A DNA stretch of 64,000 nt from Glaucostegus cemiculus (Eukaryota), in assembly GCA_976551045.1 (NCBI GenBank), contig CDPCPM010000418.1, positions 3,224,001 through 3,288,000 on the forward strand, written 5' to 3'. Of the stretch, positions 49,576 to 64,000 are shown piece after piece. The position numbers and the translations under genes were made by a program. The notes beneath the pieces were generated by a model. It saw nothing but the letters and a program-made list of their open reading frames with translations. It was not told the origin of the DNA and searched no databases. How positions within the stretch are numbered: the stretch's first letter is position 1; the number at the start of each line of letters is the position of its first letter.

Positions 49576-52500
49576 TGTCCTTCAGCTCTCCCTTCATTCT
49601 TCTTCCCAAGTCAACACTGAGAGGTGGGCTTTGTTTTCCAATCCATTTTGTTTCCACCAATCCAGGATGTATGGGAAATGACTTAACAAAAAGGGAGACA
49701 GCAAATAGACAAGAAATGAGATCAGCAGGGATTCCTGCTCCTGATCACTGTCCAGTAAGTCCTCTTTCTGAGTGAGTCCTCTTTCTAGTTGGATAGAGAT
49801 AAGTCAATGAATGACTCACCTCAAGACTTCCCAAAGCCTTTCCATCAACAACAACACACCAGTCAGGAACGTGTTGTCTGGATGAGTGAAGACCCAATAA
49901 TGCTTTAGATGTGCAACACCATCTTGTCCACTTGATTGGCAGCTCATCCACGACCCTAAATATTCACTCCATCCACCATCAAAGCACCATGGCTGCAGCG
50001 TGTACCACCTACAAATGCACTGCAGCAATTCATTGTTGGAATCTTACAAATTTGTTACCCCCTACCACTAAGATGATTGAGGTCAGCAGGAGTATAGGAG
50101 CTGCACAACTTTACTTCTCCTTCAAAGATACTTACCAGCCTGGCTTGGACAGATATTGCCCGCATCTTTACCTTCACTGAGTCAAAGTACTGACACTTCC
50201 TACCTGAAAGCACAGTGAGAAGATTTTCGCCATTTGGGCTACCACGGTTCATGAATAGGAACCGCAACCTTCCTATTGCTAACAAAGGAGCCTTTGGTAA
50301 CCACGCCTCATCTGGGGGTGGGCTAAGATGCATAGCAACTAAAGGAGAGTGCTAGAAGAAATTTATCGGTCCATTGATGAATAGGTAAATCTGGATTTTA
50401 TTTCACAGCTATTGATTCCTGGTAGTACAAAAACTCCACGTGGGATGATATATTGAGGGAATACTGCATTATTGGGAATCCTGGGGTAAAAATCCATCTT
50501 TGGTCACATACATTAAATGTTCACTGCTATAGTAAATGGAGCTGGAATATGGACATAGTTCTACCTGCTGACATCTGGGCCTCCTCTGCCCTTTCAGCTG
50601 TGTGTAAAGGTCCCAGGGGACCATTTTGAAGACAAGACAGAGGGGTGATGGATTCTTCCTGGTATCTCAATATTATCCCAATAAGATCTCAGTATCTTCC
50701 AATATTAATTCCTCAGAACAATAAATTATCCTGTCATTATCACTTTGCTGTCTGTGGGAGCTGGCTACTGAAATTTGTACAGTGACTGTACATGGAAGTA
50801 CTTCATTGACTGTAAATTGCTTTGGAACGTCCTGACATTGTCAAAGGTGTGACATAAACATAAACTGTTCTTTTATTACAAAAGGGTGGGAATTATGACA
50901 GGAGCCCTGCACAACATAGTTTTAGTTAATTATATATTGTGATACGACTTGCTTCATTGTTAATTTAGACATTTTATGTGACTATTTCTTCAGGTATTTT
51001 AAAGATTTGCATTTACATATATAGGTTAATGCATTTGGAGTGTCAACTTTGGGTTATATGCTGGAGTTTCTGTAATGTGACTTGAACCCATAACCTTCTG
51101 ACCTTGAAGAGAGACTACTGCCCACTGAGCCACAGTTGCCACAATGAGTTTTACTGATGGTTGTTCATTAATGGATCGGAGGAGAGTTTGGGTGAGGTGT
51201 AAAGTTGTCATCAAGTATCTTTCATGTTTAGGGCCTCAGGAATTCTTTCTGGCTCCATTTACCACAATGGGACTCAATCAAAGAGTTTGAACAATACCAC
51301 AAATTGCACTAATGAAGCCAGTGATGATTAAAAGCAGTTGCAGAAGCCAAAAGCTGGATCAGTGCCCTCCCAGAACCCATTTGGTCATGTTTATTGCACT
51401 GAAAAGCTCTCCAGAACTTCCCTAACATGCCGCATTGGTTTACAGCTTGATGTTTCTGGAGAAGCAGGGTAACAGATAGAGTTACGGAGTGAGGGAAGGA
51501 AACATCCGAGATGAAGATTTCAAATTATGCTCCTCTATCTCAAGTAGCTATGTAAAGAGCTAAGTAACGTAAGGAAACTTGACCTCACTGCCTATTCCTG
51601 CGCTGGTATGCTGTGCTCAAAAGACAACCAGAAAGACAGTCATTCAGAGATTTTACAAATTTTACAGAAATGGCTGAAATATACCCTTGCTTGAGATCTA
51701 GTAGCTCATCTCAGGCCCCTCAGCTGCATCATGGCAACTTGGACAAGAATTGACCTGCTCCCCTCATTAGTGAGACACAGTGGCCTCTGAGACCTGTGGA
51801 TATCGGCCCAAAGCAACTTCACTCTCTTGTGTCTTGCAGGTGGAATGAATGCGGAATGAAAGGTTACAGTTGATTCATGCACATTTTCCAATTGTAAAAC
51901 TGGGTCAGCTCTTCGTTGCCCAATTTAGTCCAACAATTTCCCAGAATTTGGCAAATTAACTACCCAGAGTCCCTTCAAAGACAGTCTGAACATTCCAATG
52001 GAATTTGATTCCACCATTCTTTACAGGCTCCTTAGTGGCAACCTGTGTCTACTCTAGTCACAGCATAAGTGGAGGCCATATAATCCATCCAACCTGAACC
52101 GGTTCCTTAAAAAAGCTGTCCAATTAGTCTTGTCCTAAAACCCTCCATTTTTCTCCTTGTTTGTAGTGCTCTGAGTCAAGCCATCGTAATATTTCCTTAT
52201 ATGGCACAGAGGTCAAACTCCTGCTGAAATACACTCCCATGAAGTGCCTTAGTACGTTTTACCATGATAAAGGCCCTATATAAATGCAATCCACATTTGT
52301 TTTATTTCTTCTTAAAATTGAAACTTTTCACCTTAAATTAAACAGAAAACATTTTGGAAATTCACATATTTTAAATGACTATCATTCCTATTTCCACCCA
52401 CCGGCTTACTGGTAGAAGAGAGAACAAAGCTCATATCTCATCCACTTTATGGTCAATGAGCTAACTTATGTTACTGCTACAAACCCACATGTGAGAATGG

Positions 52501-55254
52501 GGAGACTCCTGGAGGTTCACAGTATCTGTCGAACAAACAGTGATTCTGGGACAGAGGAGGAGAAAATTAAAGAGCTGTAATTAATGATGACTCCAAGTAC
52601 CTCTTTGCTGTTCCTCTCTTTACCGTAGATGGAGTAATAATATGGACCCATAGTATCTTTTGCCAAATTGAAATGTCAGGTTGTATTGAGATTCTTCACA
52701 TCATCAACAGTCCAGCCTAGGTCAGAAAGCTCTGCAGGTCAGCATACGATTGAGTCTGACGCTTTATCACAGTAATGAAGAGATTTTGGAGGGAAGCCCA
52801 GTTCATCTTTCAGGTGAAGTGTTAAGCCTAGACTTTTCATACTGGACAGATGGTGTAAAAGATCCCACACCACAAGATCCAAGTTTTCTAGCTTGCACTT
52901 ACCCATCAAGATACAGATGACCTGTGGGATCTTGCAATATAAACAAGCAGCAACATGTCCAACATTGACCATATTTCAAAAATTATTAATCAGCTGTTAA
53001 ACACTTTGGCACATCCTAAAGTTATGAAAATGCAATTTTTCTTATTTGATATCTGGCTTGCTTCATTCTGAGACCAGTAACATGCAAAATGCCAGGGAGT
53101 AACTTGCAGGAACTTAAAATTTCCTAGTGATAAGTTATCAACTCTGAAACTCACCAGAGTTAGAAGCTTCAGAATAGACAAATGGAGAAGTTGTTCTGGA
53201 TTTGATTTGTCCCACCCTGACCTATACAATTTTCCAAAATCCCAGAAGAGCAGCAAATAATCATCTTTAATTTCCATGTCGATTCCTTTGAATTGGGTAA
53301 AGTAGAAGCATTAAATGGAACGGTGCAACAAAGGAGCTGATTTGCATTCAACTTCTCATACCTTTTCAAAGGATTTTCTAACAGGCACCATTTCCGGTAA
53401 AGTAACATATATTATTTTCAAGGTCAATGAATGGATGCTAATCCACACAGAGCAGTAGTGGCACAAATTTGATTCCTGAGATTGCCAGGAGTTTGGAAAT
53501 TTGAACATTGATTTGAGCATCACTGAGTTAAAGAGCATAAAATAAAAGCCTGAACTCCTGTTTGTGATTACTATTGAATGGCCTGGAAATAAAGGTTATC
53601 CCTTGCCCTCTTCCACAGCTTGCCAATATTCACTGTCCAGCTCTATTGGAACAGGGGTGAGGTACTGCATACCAACAAATACCCGTATGTGTAAATGCTT
53701 CCAGTAACAACTCACATTTCTATAGGAATTTAACAGAGCCAAAAAAATCACCATGGCACATCACAGCAACATTATCAGACAAAATCTGGCACCGAATTAC
53801 ATAAGGATATCTTGGGGAAGATTATCAAAAGGGTAGGGTTTAAGAAGCATCTTAGAGCGGTATGGAAACAGAAAGGTTTAAGAAGGGAATTCCAGAGCTT
53901 AGGGTCTCAGCAGCTGCAGGCACGACAGGGGAAGAGAAAAACTGAAAGAGAGAAAGAAAAGCAGAGTTTATCCCATGTGTGGGTCACCCCCATCACCCAA
54001 GCCTATTCTTTACATCAGCTTAAAGACAAAAGAATATCTATGTTGGCACAAACTGGCTGTTACCAAGAGCAGATAGAATACAGGCACCTTAAGCATTAAT
54101 GACTGTGTTCATGGTCACTGAAAGCTAGTGCAAAAATGTCCACAGTGCAGGGGTTGGTTTTTGGGGGCAATTTTTCTCAATTTTCAGTCTTGGAAGGTAG
54201 AGATCAAAGTAAATGGGAAAGCATTAGCCAGCCCATCTTTCTGGATCATTTGGCTGCTTTCTTTCTCTAATTCTCCCACTTCCCATTTCTTGCTGATACC
54301 ACAGGAGGGTTTCATTTCATTACAGTATTTCTCTTTAGTTCACATTCACCACCCATTAACTCTTCCTCCCTCCTGCCTCCTCCCTACAATCACTACCCAC
54401 ACTCTTGCCTATTCATTTCCCAACCACTGAAAAGTGTGGGTGTTCTTATATTAAATGTAACTTTTCTCTTCCTCCCACTGATTGCTTCATTTCAAGACCA
54501 CTGGCATTTAACTGCTTCTCTAGTTACTGTCTTCTCCAAATTCCAATATTCTCCCCTTTGTTCAATGTGTGGTAACTTGCAGCTATTGGAGTGTTATTCT
54601 GCACCCAGCTCACCTATTTGCAGAGCACAACAAATTAAACTGTCTTCTCAGGTAATAGAACCCAAGGCATAATTCTGAAGAACCATGGGGTACAGTCTCA
54701 GAAAAAGATAGTGACCATTGTGAATGAGTTTAAAAATTTCCTTTACCTGAGGGGAGTGCATTGTTGCAGTTCTACACTCCAGAGAGCCATGGATGCTACA
54801 TCATTGAGCTGAGAACAATAGACTTTTGTGCACCATGGGAATCAAAGGACATGCGGATTGAGTGGGAATCTCAACAGAGGATCAACCAAGGTCATATTGA
54901 ATTTTAAAAAGTCTTGTGGGGCCTACTCCTGATTCTATTTTTCATGTTCTAAAGTGAATGGAGTTCCTCCTCATGTCCTAGCTAATATGTATCCTTCAAC
55001 CAACATCATAAAAAATTGTTTTTGACAATTATTCCATTGCTGTTTCTGGGAGCTTGCTGTGCATTGCTTGCTGCATTCCCTCTTTTACAACAATAAATAT
55101 AATTGAAAAAGTACTTTGAATTTGCAAAATTAAGCTCTGAAGTCTTTTCTATATCTCTTCATGGTTTATAACCTACTCACCGATGCCTAGTTTGTGTTTA
55201 GCTGGGACTACTTGGCTCTAGACCTTGGTTCAGACTAAAGGGCTGAAATCCAGA

Positions 55255-56050
55255 GGTGAGGTGAGAGTGACTGTCCTTGACACCAAGGCAGCATTTGACT
55301 GAGTGTGCCCTGGTTAATTGAAGTCAAAGGGCATTAAAACACTTGAACAGTTGGAGTCATACCTTGTATAAAGGAAGATGGTTGAAGTTGTTGGAAATCT
55401 ATCATTCCAGCCCCAGGACAATACTAAGGAGTGTCCTAGGCCTGACCATTTTCAACTGCTTCATCAATGATCTTCTGTCAATCACGAGGTCAGAAGTGGG
55501 GTGTTCGTTGATGATTTCACATTCCATTCACAATTCCTCAGCAAATGAAGCAGCTCATGCCTGCATGCAGCTGAACAACATTTGGTTAAATATTGGGGAT
55601 GAGTGTAGCTCCAACAGATCTAGTAAGTTCAACACCATTCAGGATAAAGCACCCCATCAATTACCCTTAACATTCATTGTCTTCACTACGGACACAAATG
55701 CATGCAGTGTGCATTGTCTACAGAATACACTGCAGTTCTCCGCCCAGGATACTCCAATAGCACCCCCAAACCTGCAGCATCCACCATCAAGGGCAAAGGT
55801 AAAGATGCATGAAAACATCACCACATGCAAGTTCCCTTCCAAGTCAGGCACCATCCTGACTTGGAAATATATCATCCATCCTTCTTCACTGTTGGGTGTA
55901 AATCCTGGAACTCCCTATCCAACACCATTGTGAGAGTATCTTTACTTTAAGGATTGTAGCAGTTAAAGAAGGTGGCTCACAATCATTTTGTCAAGGGCTA
56001 TTAGAGATGGGCAATAAACGTTGGCCTTGCCAATGAAGCCCAGATTCCAA
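55255..56050 (+). mobile_element. Degenerate LINE (CR1/L2 group) RT fragment and 3' end
   Basis: SVLGLTIFNCFINDL motif in ORF 55343-55933; tail gggcaataaacgttggccttgcc. Related pieces at 49830-50300 and 23930-24030. Confidence 0.75.
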
Positions 56051-59000
56051 TATTTTTTATATATAACTAGAAACTGTTGTACCAAGGAGTGTATAAAGGT
56101 ACAGCATAAGTGCTCCAGAGATAACCGGGCGCCATTCCAGAGGAAAGCTAGAAGATATATTGGGAGATGTGTGGTTGGCATTAGGATCCATCAAAAATAG
56201 GATGGATGATGGTATGCCTGCTGATTCCAAATATATTTCATCTCTGAAGTCACAGAGACGATAATGGATACACCATTTGAAAGAGAACTGTGTCAATGTA
56301 ACAATCTGCCCAGTGGTATAGCACAAGTGGCCAGATACACTCCCTGTCCAAGCAAATGGCAATTGTCTATACTTCCCATGCTCAGAATCAACCATCTGTC
56401 GAAACCTGCTGAGGGCATGATCAATGTCACTAATACTTACTGGATCATTAGATGCTTACAATCTCCCTTCTGTGGTACACCTTTCTGGGGAAAAAAGGGA
56501 TAAATGAGGTGAGATGAGAGAACAGCTGATCGGGGTAGAAAAGATGGAAAAGAAGGATCAAAGAATGATTGAAGATAGCACAGATGGAGACCATTTGGCC
56601 CATCCTATATGTGCCAGCACTTTGAAAGAACTATCCAACAGATGCCACTGCCCTTACTCTCTCCTTACAAGCCTGCAAGTTTTGCCTTTATCCAATGCCC
56701 TTTAGAAAGTTACATTGATTCTACTTCCACTACCCTTTCAATAATTCACTGAGCAAATAAAAGTCTTATTCTCTCTCCTCTGGTTCCTTTACCAAAAAAC
56801 TTAAATCTGCATCTTCTGATTAGCAACCAGAAGCTAGGGGGATGAGACGGCACAGGTCTGGGTTGGATTCAGAAGACATTAAAGCACATGGCATGGTGAA
56901 AGACGGAAAAAATGCTGGCACAGAAAGAGTTGAGCAGTAACAGAAAGGGAAAAGCAAAATCATTAGTCACATGCAAGATATGATTAATCATTAGGTCATC
57001 AGCCCAAAGATATTGAAAAATAGATTTTTACTAACTGAAGAATGATCTCTATGATCAACTGCACTCAATTTGAAGTACAATTACCTTTTAGCATTTTACT
57101 ATATGTTTTGCTTTAATTGTATTTTCTAGTATTAGTACAAATTCTCCTGGTGTTAGCTTTCAGTTTAGAACAATCTGCTATGTGTTCTCCTCCAAAGCCA
57201 CAAGATTACAGGCTCAATCATCAATGGTGACTTTTTCTCGACATCGGTGAAGGGTCAGCAGTAGCTAATTCTGTGGGGAATGAGTCGATCTTGCTCTAGC
57301 CAATGAAAGCTTCCAATACCCATGCTCATTTCGTCTATCCAAAGCTAAGATTTGAAGATTTTTTTTTCTCTTCTTCAGTTGATTTATTGCACCAGATCTT
57401 TAAATATCACTAGAAGGCCCCATTGTGTTCAATTGTGGACAGGACACTTCCGGAGGGGATGTCAGGGGGATTAGAGAAGTTATTTTTAGTGGGGTGAGTG
57501 TTCTGGGGTGATAGATTTGAGTTACAAAGAGAGGCTGAAGACAGAGGAATTGTTCTAAGAACAGTTAATGTTAAGAGGAGATTTAATAGAGGTCTCCAAA
57601 GTCATGGCAAAATAAGAAATTGTTTCCACTGATAGAAAAGTTAGTAGCCACTAACATAAGGTTAAAATAACCAGCAAAGGAACAAAGGATGGCATGAGGA
57701 AAGCTTCTTTTATATAATGAGTTGTTATGATTGGGAAGCTGAATCAATAATAAGTTTCAAATCTTCAAATCTTAAAAGAGGACCCTGGGAAAGGAGAATA
57801 AGGTGAGGCTCATTGAACAGCTCTTCCAAAGAATCAGCACACATAGAGTGAGCTAAGTTGCCTTCTGCATTGTATGATTCAAAATCTTCTCTTGCAGAAG
57901 TCAATACCACAAGCACCAGGTGTCCTCCAGTCTTTTGCCTATACTTTATGTTTTGAGCCATAGAATTTTGAGTCTTGAAATGTTAGAGATTTATGGCACA
58001 GAGGGATACCTTTGGCTGTAACGAACTATTGAGAATAATGTGTTTTTCAGTGCTCAGTCCAAAACCTTGAAGGTTATGGAGTTATGGGGTGCCATTTGGT
58101 CGTCTTTCAGTAACAGGGTGAGTAGCATCTGTAATTGGTTCAAATTTGTCCTCATATGATCACTTAACAGTGATCAAGAACTTTGGTTCATTTTGCTCCT
58201 CCATCGTCCAGGAACAGAGGCCATTGTGTGTCTTCGAGCTGATGATATCAGTTAAAACAGCACAGATCAGAAATTAGAGGGTAGTCACTGAATAAGCTAC
58301 TTTAGCTTCCTAGTCACAAACACAGATATTTAGACATTAAGGTGTCGACTCAAATCCATTGTCTAGCAAACACTGGCAGAGCACTGTCTGCTGCTCAATC
58401 AGGAACACACTGCATGGCCTAAAGAGAAAGCAAAACCCAGTTCAAACGCCCATTATTGGAACTCGAACAAATTCTACAGTGCTTTAATTGGCTAATTATA
58501 GGCTTGTTAACTCAATTTGGAAACAAACCAGCAGAAATACAAAGGCTCCAAAAATGTTGAGTTTGATAAGCTGAGCTTGTTGGTTTGAGGAGCAGCCCTG
58601 AACTCCTATTTCCTTCCCCACAAACCTCACGGGGCACAGAGGTTTGGTTACAAGGGATTCATGTTGCAAGTGACTCAGAGATGACTAAAGCATTCACATC
58701 ATTTTTCCTCAAGCTACAGCCACGCATTAAAGAATTTATTTCTTTATTTTTCTTTTCTAATGTCTCAGCCTGTTTCAGTAAAGACTCTGGTGCCAACTAC
58801 CCATTAAACATTGTCTTCAGTCACGAGCCATCTGAGCAATAAACTGAATGAGCTGTTCCATTAGCAGCAGCTCCATCAATGCAGAAACCTCCGGGATTTG
58901 AAACCCCTAGCTCCCCTTGCGAGCAGAGATCACAAGATGAAACAGTTGTGTACCACAAATTTTAAAATAAATGATATAATAAATTGTAGAATAGTTACTC

Positions 59001-59361
59001 ATGACAAATCTGATCAAGGGTTTCAAGTGGTTGATATGTTATGAATTAAACGGAAATATGATTGCATCATCGCTTCACTGATCAACCTGATTTGACCTTA
59101 GATTTTTATTTCAATATCATAAAAAGCAACAAAAGAATGCAGATCAATAAGGGATATTGGATTTGGATCACATATTAACCTATTAGCTTACATAAAGAAC
59201 ACAAATTTTAAAACACTTTCCCAAACCTTAGGGCACTTTGAAGTCTTTACAACCAATAAAGTACCATTGAAGTATCGCCACTGTTGTAACACAGGGAAAA
59301 CTACACCAATTTCATGCACAGCAAAGTCCAGTAAGCAGTAACATGATAATTGAATTAGTGA

Positions 59362-59455
59362 GCGACAAACAATCCGCTGGAGGAACTCAGCAGGTCGAGC
59401 AGCATCTGTGGGAAGAAAGGAAATGCTGATGTTTTGGGTCGAAACCCTACATCAG
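59362..59455 (-). mobile_element. Penelope-like short element nested in a Deu-SINE
   Basis: TSD aattg(a/t)attagtga at 59348-59361 and 59456-59469; minus-strand core CTGATGT-AGGGTTTCGACCC-AAAACATC. Confidence 0.7.
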
Positions 59456-59709
59456 AATTGTATTAGTGATGTTGACCGAGGGATATATATTGGCCAGGGC
59501 ACTGGGAAGATCTCCCATGATCACTTCCAAATAGAGGCAGAGAGTCTTTTATATATGCCTGAGAAGGTTCAATGCTTCAGGTGAAAGGTGGCATCTCTTT
59601 CAGTATGGCACAGGGCTCTGGTACCTTCCTTACTGTAGGTCCAAAATCTCACCTTTACTGTGATGAGTGAAAAGACACTTTTTATTTTATGAAGTTATTA
59701 TTTAAACAT

Positions 59710-59865
59710 TTCAGAGACATGAGAGACTGCAGATGCTGGAATCTGCAGCAAAAAGTTAACATGTGATCTGGTCTAGATGAAGGGTCTCGACCCCAAATGT
59801 CAGCTGGATATTTCCCTCCATGGATGCTGCCTTCTGCTGAATTCCTCCAGCAGTCTGTTTTTTGC
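59710..59865 (+). mobile_element. Penelope-like short element, same family, 10-bp TSD
   Basis: atttaaacat at 59700-59709 and 59866-59875; same termini as the 15.4 and 32.1 kb copies; core tagatga-agggtctcgacccc-aaatgtc. Confidence 0.75.
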
Positions 59866-60194
59866 ATTTAAACATACTAATTGTATAAAGGTTTTAATTT
59901 TAAAGTATTAAAATGATTTAACTGCTTCATTGCTTTTTAATAGTTTCTGACATTTTTTGCAAGTTTCCGAAGGTCAGGGGTGTGGCTTGGCCTGTTGACA
60001 AAGTTTCTTTGCGTTTTTTCATGAATTAGGCTAATTCTGGCTGCCCAATTGGTGACACAGTTCAGGCATGGCCCTGCCACTATGCAAAACCTTGCTATTT
60101 AAGATTGGGTGCTGTTGACACCAACTAATTCAGAAAACTCAAGTTCTTACTTACCATACAAGTCAGCAGTGAGCTGGGTCGTTGGCAGCACCTG

Positions 60195-61180
60195 CACCAG
60201 TACATTAAGTGAATGGGCAAAACTGAGGCAAATGTTTTCAATTTAGACAAATGTGAGATCATCCTCTTTGGACCTGAAAAGGATACAAGAAAGTCCTTTC
60301 TGAATGATGAAGCAGGAGAGGTTCAAAGAGATCTAGGCATTTATGTACATGGAATTTTAAAATGATCATTAAAATCTCTAAAAGGCTAGTGGTATGCTGG
60401 ATTTGATATGTAGAGGTCCAGAATACAAGCAAGTAGATGTTGTGCTATAGTTACACATATGCTGTAGCTATACTTAGTTTTCTTTGTCTTTTTACATTTT
60501 TTTCTTTGTTCTTTTTCTTTGTTTTGTTCTAATTGTGTTCATTCTTTTAAAAATTATGTGTAATTTATGTATAATTTATATTTTTCTTGTGAATACTGCT
60601 TATCTGATGTTATATGCTTGTGATGCTGTTGCAATTAAATTTTTCATTGCACCTGTGCATACATGTACTTGCGTATATGACAATAAACTCAACTTTGACT
60701 CTGACTTCAACTTTAACAAGACGCTGCTTGGACCATTCCTTGAGTACTATAAAGAGTTCCTTGAAAGTGCAGTACACATTTTCGAGAATGGATACAAGGG
60801 TTAAATTGCAAGGAGACATTACACTAATCAAATTTGTATCCCTGGAATTTAGGTTAAGGGTGATTTAATTGAAGTTTTCGTGATATTAATGAGAACAGAT
60901 AGAGTTGAATGAGAAAAGCATTCTGTTAGTTCTGGAATCTGCCCAGCGGGGTACTGGCTTTCAGGAGTGAAGTTAGGAAGTACTCAGTGGGGAGAAGAAA
61001 TTTGGAACTCTCTTCCATGACTGTTTTGTTAAATTGTTAGTTTAAAATCTGAGATTGACAGATTTTCAGTAATGAAAATTGTTAAATGATATGGAGTAAA
61101 TTTAGGCTTATGGAGTGAGATTGCAAAGCAGCCATGATGTCACTTCATGTCAGAAAAGGTATAACGGTTCAACGAATCTA
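60195..61180 (+). mobile_element. Degenerate CR1-clade LINE interrupted by another LINE 3' end
   Basis: gaatgggcaaaa...aaatgtgagatc, KTLLGPFLEYY-like segment and tggaactctcttcc; interrupted at ~60460-60715. Confidence 0.75.
60480..60714 (+). mobile_element. 3' UTR/tail of a non-LTR retrotransposon (clade uncertain)
   Basis: Highly similar to 7540-7713; ends in aataaac plus (actttg)-like tandem tail. Confidence 0.75.
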
Positions 61181-62514
61181 TTGAGGTCCCTATGCTCCTA
61201 TGGTGTTGTTGAGGTTTTCATTTCTCCTCTGCTTTATAATTCATAGAACAAGTAATGCCTACAATTTATATGGTGAAATCAGCTGCTGAATTACATGACG
61301 GATCCTTCAGAAAATAGAGAAAATCATGCAGAGAGTGATACGCATCTATTACAGCTACAACAACTGGGATTTATATAGCATCCTTAACATTTGCAAAACA
61401 CGTCAAGAGTCATGGAGTTATACAGCACAAAACCTGGCCCTTCAGCCCAACTCAACCATGCCAAAGGAACTTCACAGTTCTGTTAGGGGACGAATATTGA
61501 CTCTGAGACAAGGTGGTTTAAGTAACCTTTAGGAACTGTGCTTAATCAAGCTTGTAACTATACTGCAGCAATCTGTGCCTTTAGGTACTGTACTCTAATA
61601 GTCTGTGCAATCAAGAGCTGTACCCCAGCACTCTCTAGTTTAGAAAGTATAGCCCAGTGATCTGTGTCGTGAGGATCTGTACCGTAGTAACAATCTGTGA
61701 GATTAGTAACTATGCCCTGCCAATCTATGCATTTGGGAACTGAATTCCCTTGAGGCAAAACGCCTTAGGGGCTTGTGTGGAGCATTTGGAAAGGAAACGA
61801 AAATATTTTAAAATTTAAAACACAGATCTGGGAAAATTTGAGAAGTGCTTCAATGACCCGTGGCTGTGTAGGAGGAGGCTGACATTAACTTCAGTCTGAC
61901 TCACTTCTACACAAACATATTTCTTTTATAAAATAGTTGTTCTGCTACCACCAGCTTCCTCTTCCTTTTCCTCTTTAAGGAGAATTCAATCATTTCTAGG
62001 CCCTGAATCACTTCCTGTCTTGCTTGAGTAAGGGATGTGCATTAAAGGGCCATTGCCATCATTTCATGATAAAGTTGGCTAAAGCCTAGCCTGTGCCGGG
62101 AAGCCTTGCTATGTTCTTAATACATTCTTTCTCCTGTGGTGATGTTGTGGTCTGTATAACTCCTCCCTTCCTCAATCACTGCCAGCTTAAAATATTTGAA
62201 TGTTGCTAAAAAGTTTGGTCAGATGGTTTAGAAGAAAAAAACAATAAACAGCTGAGATAACAACAGAAAATGTTGGAAAAACTCAGCAGATTAGGCAGCA
62301 TTTGTGCTATTTTTCCAACTTTTTCTTCTTTTCCTTCAGATTTCCAGCATTTGTGTTTTTATCTGATTTTCAATGAACAGCTCAGGGGTTAGAGTCAGAT
62401 ATCCAACAGTTGATCTCAACTGAAGAGGCAGTAAGAGGTTCTCCAACCCCACTGGGATTCCTGGGTTTGGGGTACAAAAAAAATGAGCCAGGTTTTCTGT
62501 CTCTTCAATCCTGC

Positions 62515-62770
62515 ACCGACAACTTGAGAATGAATTTCTTCTCACGGAGGATGGTGACTCTCTGGAATTCTCTGCCCCAGCAGGTGGTGGAAGCTGGATC
62601 ATTCAATGGATTTAAAGTGGAGGTGGATAAATATTTGATAAATCAAGAAATAGAAAGGTATGGAGAAAGAGCATGGAAGAGCTGAGGCCAGCATAGATCT
62701 GCCGTGATCATGTTAAAAGATGGGACAGGCTTGAAGGGCCAGATAGCCTATTCCTGCTCCTATATTTTTG
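62515..62770 (+). mobile_element. CR1 LINE ORF2 C-terminus and 3' UTR
   Basis: ORF reads NFFSRRMVTLWNSLPQQVVEAGSFNGFKVEVDKYL, typical CR1 terminus; ends gcctattcctgctcctat. Confidence 0.85.
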
Positions 62771-64000
62771 TGGTCTTGTGTGTATACAGAATCATGGCTG
62801 GCATTCTCAGAGGTGCAATGCCAGAGGTGCAGTCTTACAGATGAAACTTTAACCAAGGTGTCCATCTGCCCTCAGGTGGATGTTAAAGATACTTCAGAGC
62901 TCCTGGTCAATGAGTTTTTCTCAAGCAATATTACTAAACACAGATTGTTTATTTATCTCAGTACTGTGTGAGAGAACCTGGTGTGCATAAACTGGCTAAT
63001 AGATTTATTATATTACAACAATAGCTGGGCATCAACAAAACTTGACTGACTGTAAAGATCTTTGGAGTGTTGAGGTTACAAAACTAATACAGAAATACAA
63101 GCCTTTCTTTATTGAACATTGTGAGTATGAGTAGACCTTTAAAAACTGAGTGTATAAAGCGGTATAACATAACATATGTTGTACCAGTTACTGCTGTTGA
63201 GTTTGAGAACGGCTTCCTTCAATAAAGGGCCCGCTGTTGTTAGCTTGATCTCATCTTGGGACTTATAGCAATAAAAGCACCCATGGATGAAACACTGAAA
63301 ACAAATTTGGGATGTTGTTGCTTGTGAGAGTGAAAGAAAATGGATATCTAGGCTGCGAAAATAGAAAAATGGGCTCTCTATGTCGGAACAGGCATAGTGA
63401 GAATGGCAGGAAATGCAAGTCTGAGAACCACGAGTTAATTTGGCCATTTGCTCTGTCTGTGGAGTGTGTAGAACTATTTGTTGAGGTGTGCACCTTGACT
63501 GGTGATGAGGTGAAAGGTACATATCATAAGAAACAATAACACATGAGGAGGGAAGTGATAATGTTGATGACATTAAGACTGGAGACAATTAAAACACTGG
63601 TGAATCTGTCTGTGACACAAAGCACACAAGAGGTCTCTCACAAAGACACTGTAAAAACCTTAAAGGAGAAATTCAGAAACTACATGCAATACGGCTGGCA
63701 ACTTAATCTCTTCAGAAGACGAATAACCTTCACTTGGTAATGAGTTCAAGCAGGAAGATTCACAAGGATCGCCTGCTGATCCTTGTAAGAGTCTGGAGAT
63801 GTCATAAATTGACCAGAAAGTTTTAGATAAGAGTTTCCAACAAAGTGGGGTGACACAAAGGCAAAACGTGCTTGGAGATGGAAGCTAAAGCTAAGTTTGT
63901 GCAGCTACGAAAGGCAATGATGGAAAAGAAAGGCCTCAAGAACAGAGAACAGAAATGAGAGGAAGCAGTTATAATCTGGCACAGTGTACCACTAAGGAAG

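Noticed and set aside
51055-51140. tRNA gene
   Set aside because: Only decayed A/B-box-like SINE head; no cloverleaf.
55343-55933. Longest ORF (196 aa) as a host gene
   Set aside because: Contains a decayed LINE reverse-transcriptase motif and runs into LINE 3' sequence; non-ATG start.

Overview
Vertebrate non-coding genomic DNA, very probably from a cartilaginous fish (inferred from the repeat content: CR1-like and L2 LINE fragments, Deu-domain SINEs, Tx1/L1 and Penelope-like remnants). I see no convincing conventional protein-coding exon; most ORFs in the track are chance, low-complexity or LINE debris. The core of the window is a minus-strand microRNA tricistron, miR-100 (41573-41630), let-7a (40263-40329) and miR-125b (20024-20085), i.e. 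a MIR100HG-type locus. All three mature 5p arms match the canonical sequences I recall and sit in complete hairpins. Two repeat-poor zones with visible CpG enrichment (~15.9-23.1 kb and ~39.7-48.2 kb) surround the miRNAs and hold candidate host-transcript exons, promoter-like sequence and PBX/MEIS/HOX motifs. Most interesting extras: (1) four predicted host exons around miR-125b that join into one open ~103-codon frame; (2) star arms intermediate between paralogues, so cluster identity is open; (3) short TSD-flanked, partly fold-back Penelope-like insertions with decayed hammerhead-ribozyme cores. Repeat boundaries are approximate and family names come from recalled consensus, not database searches.
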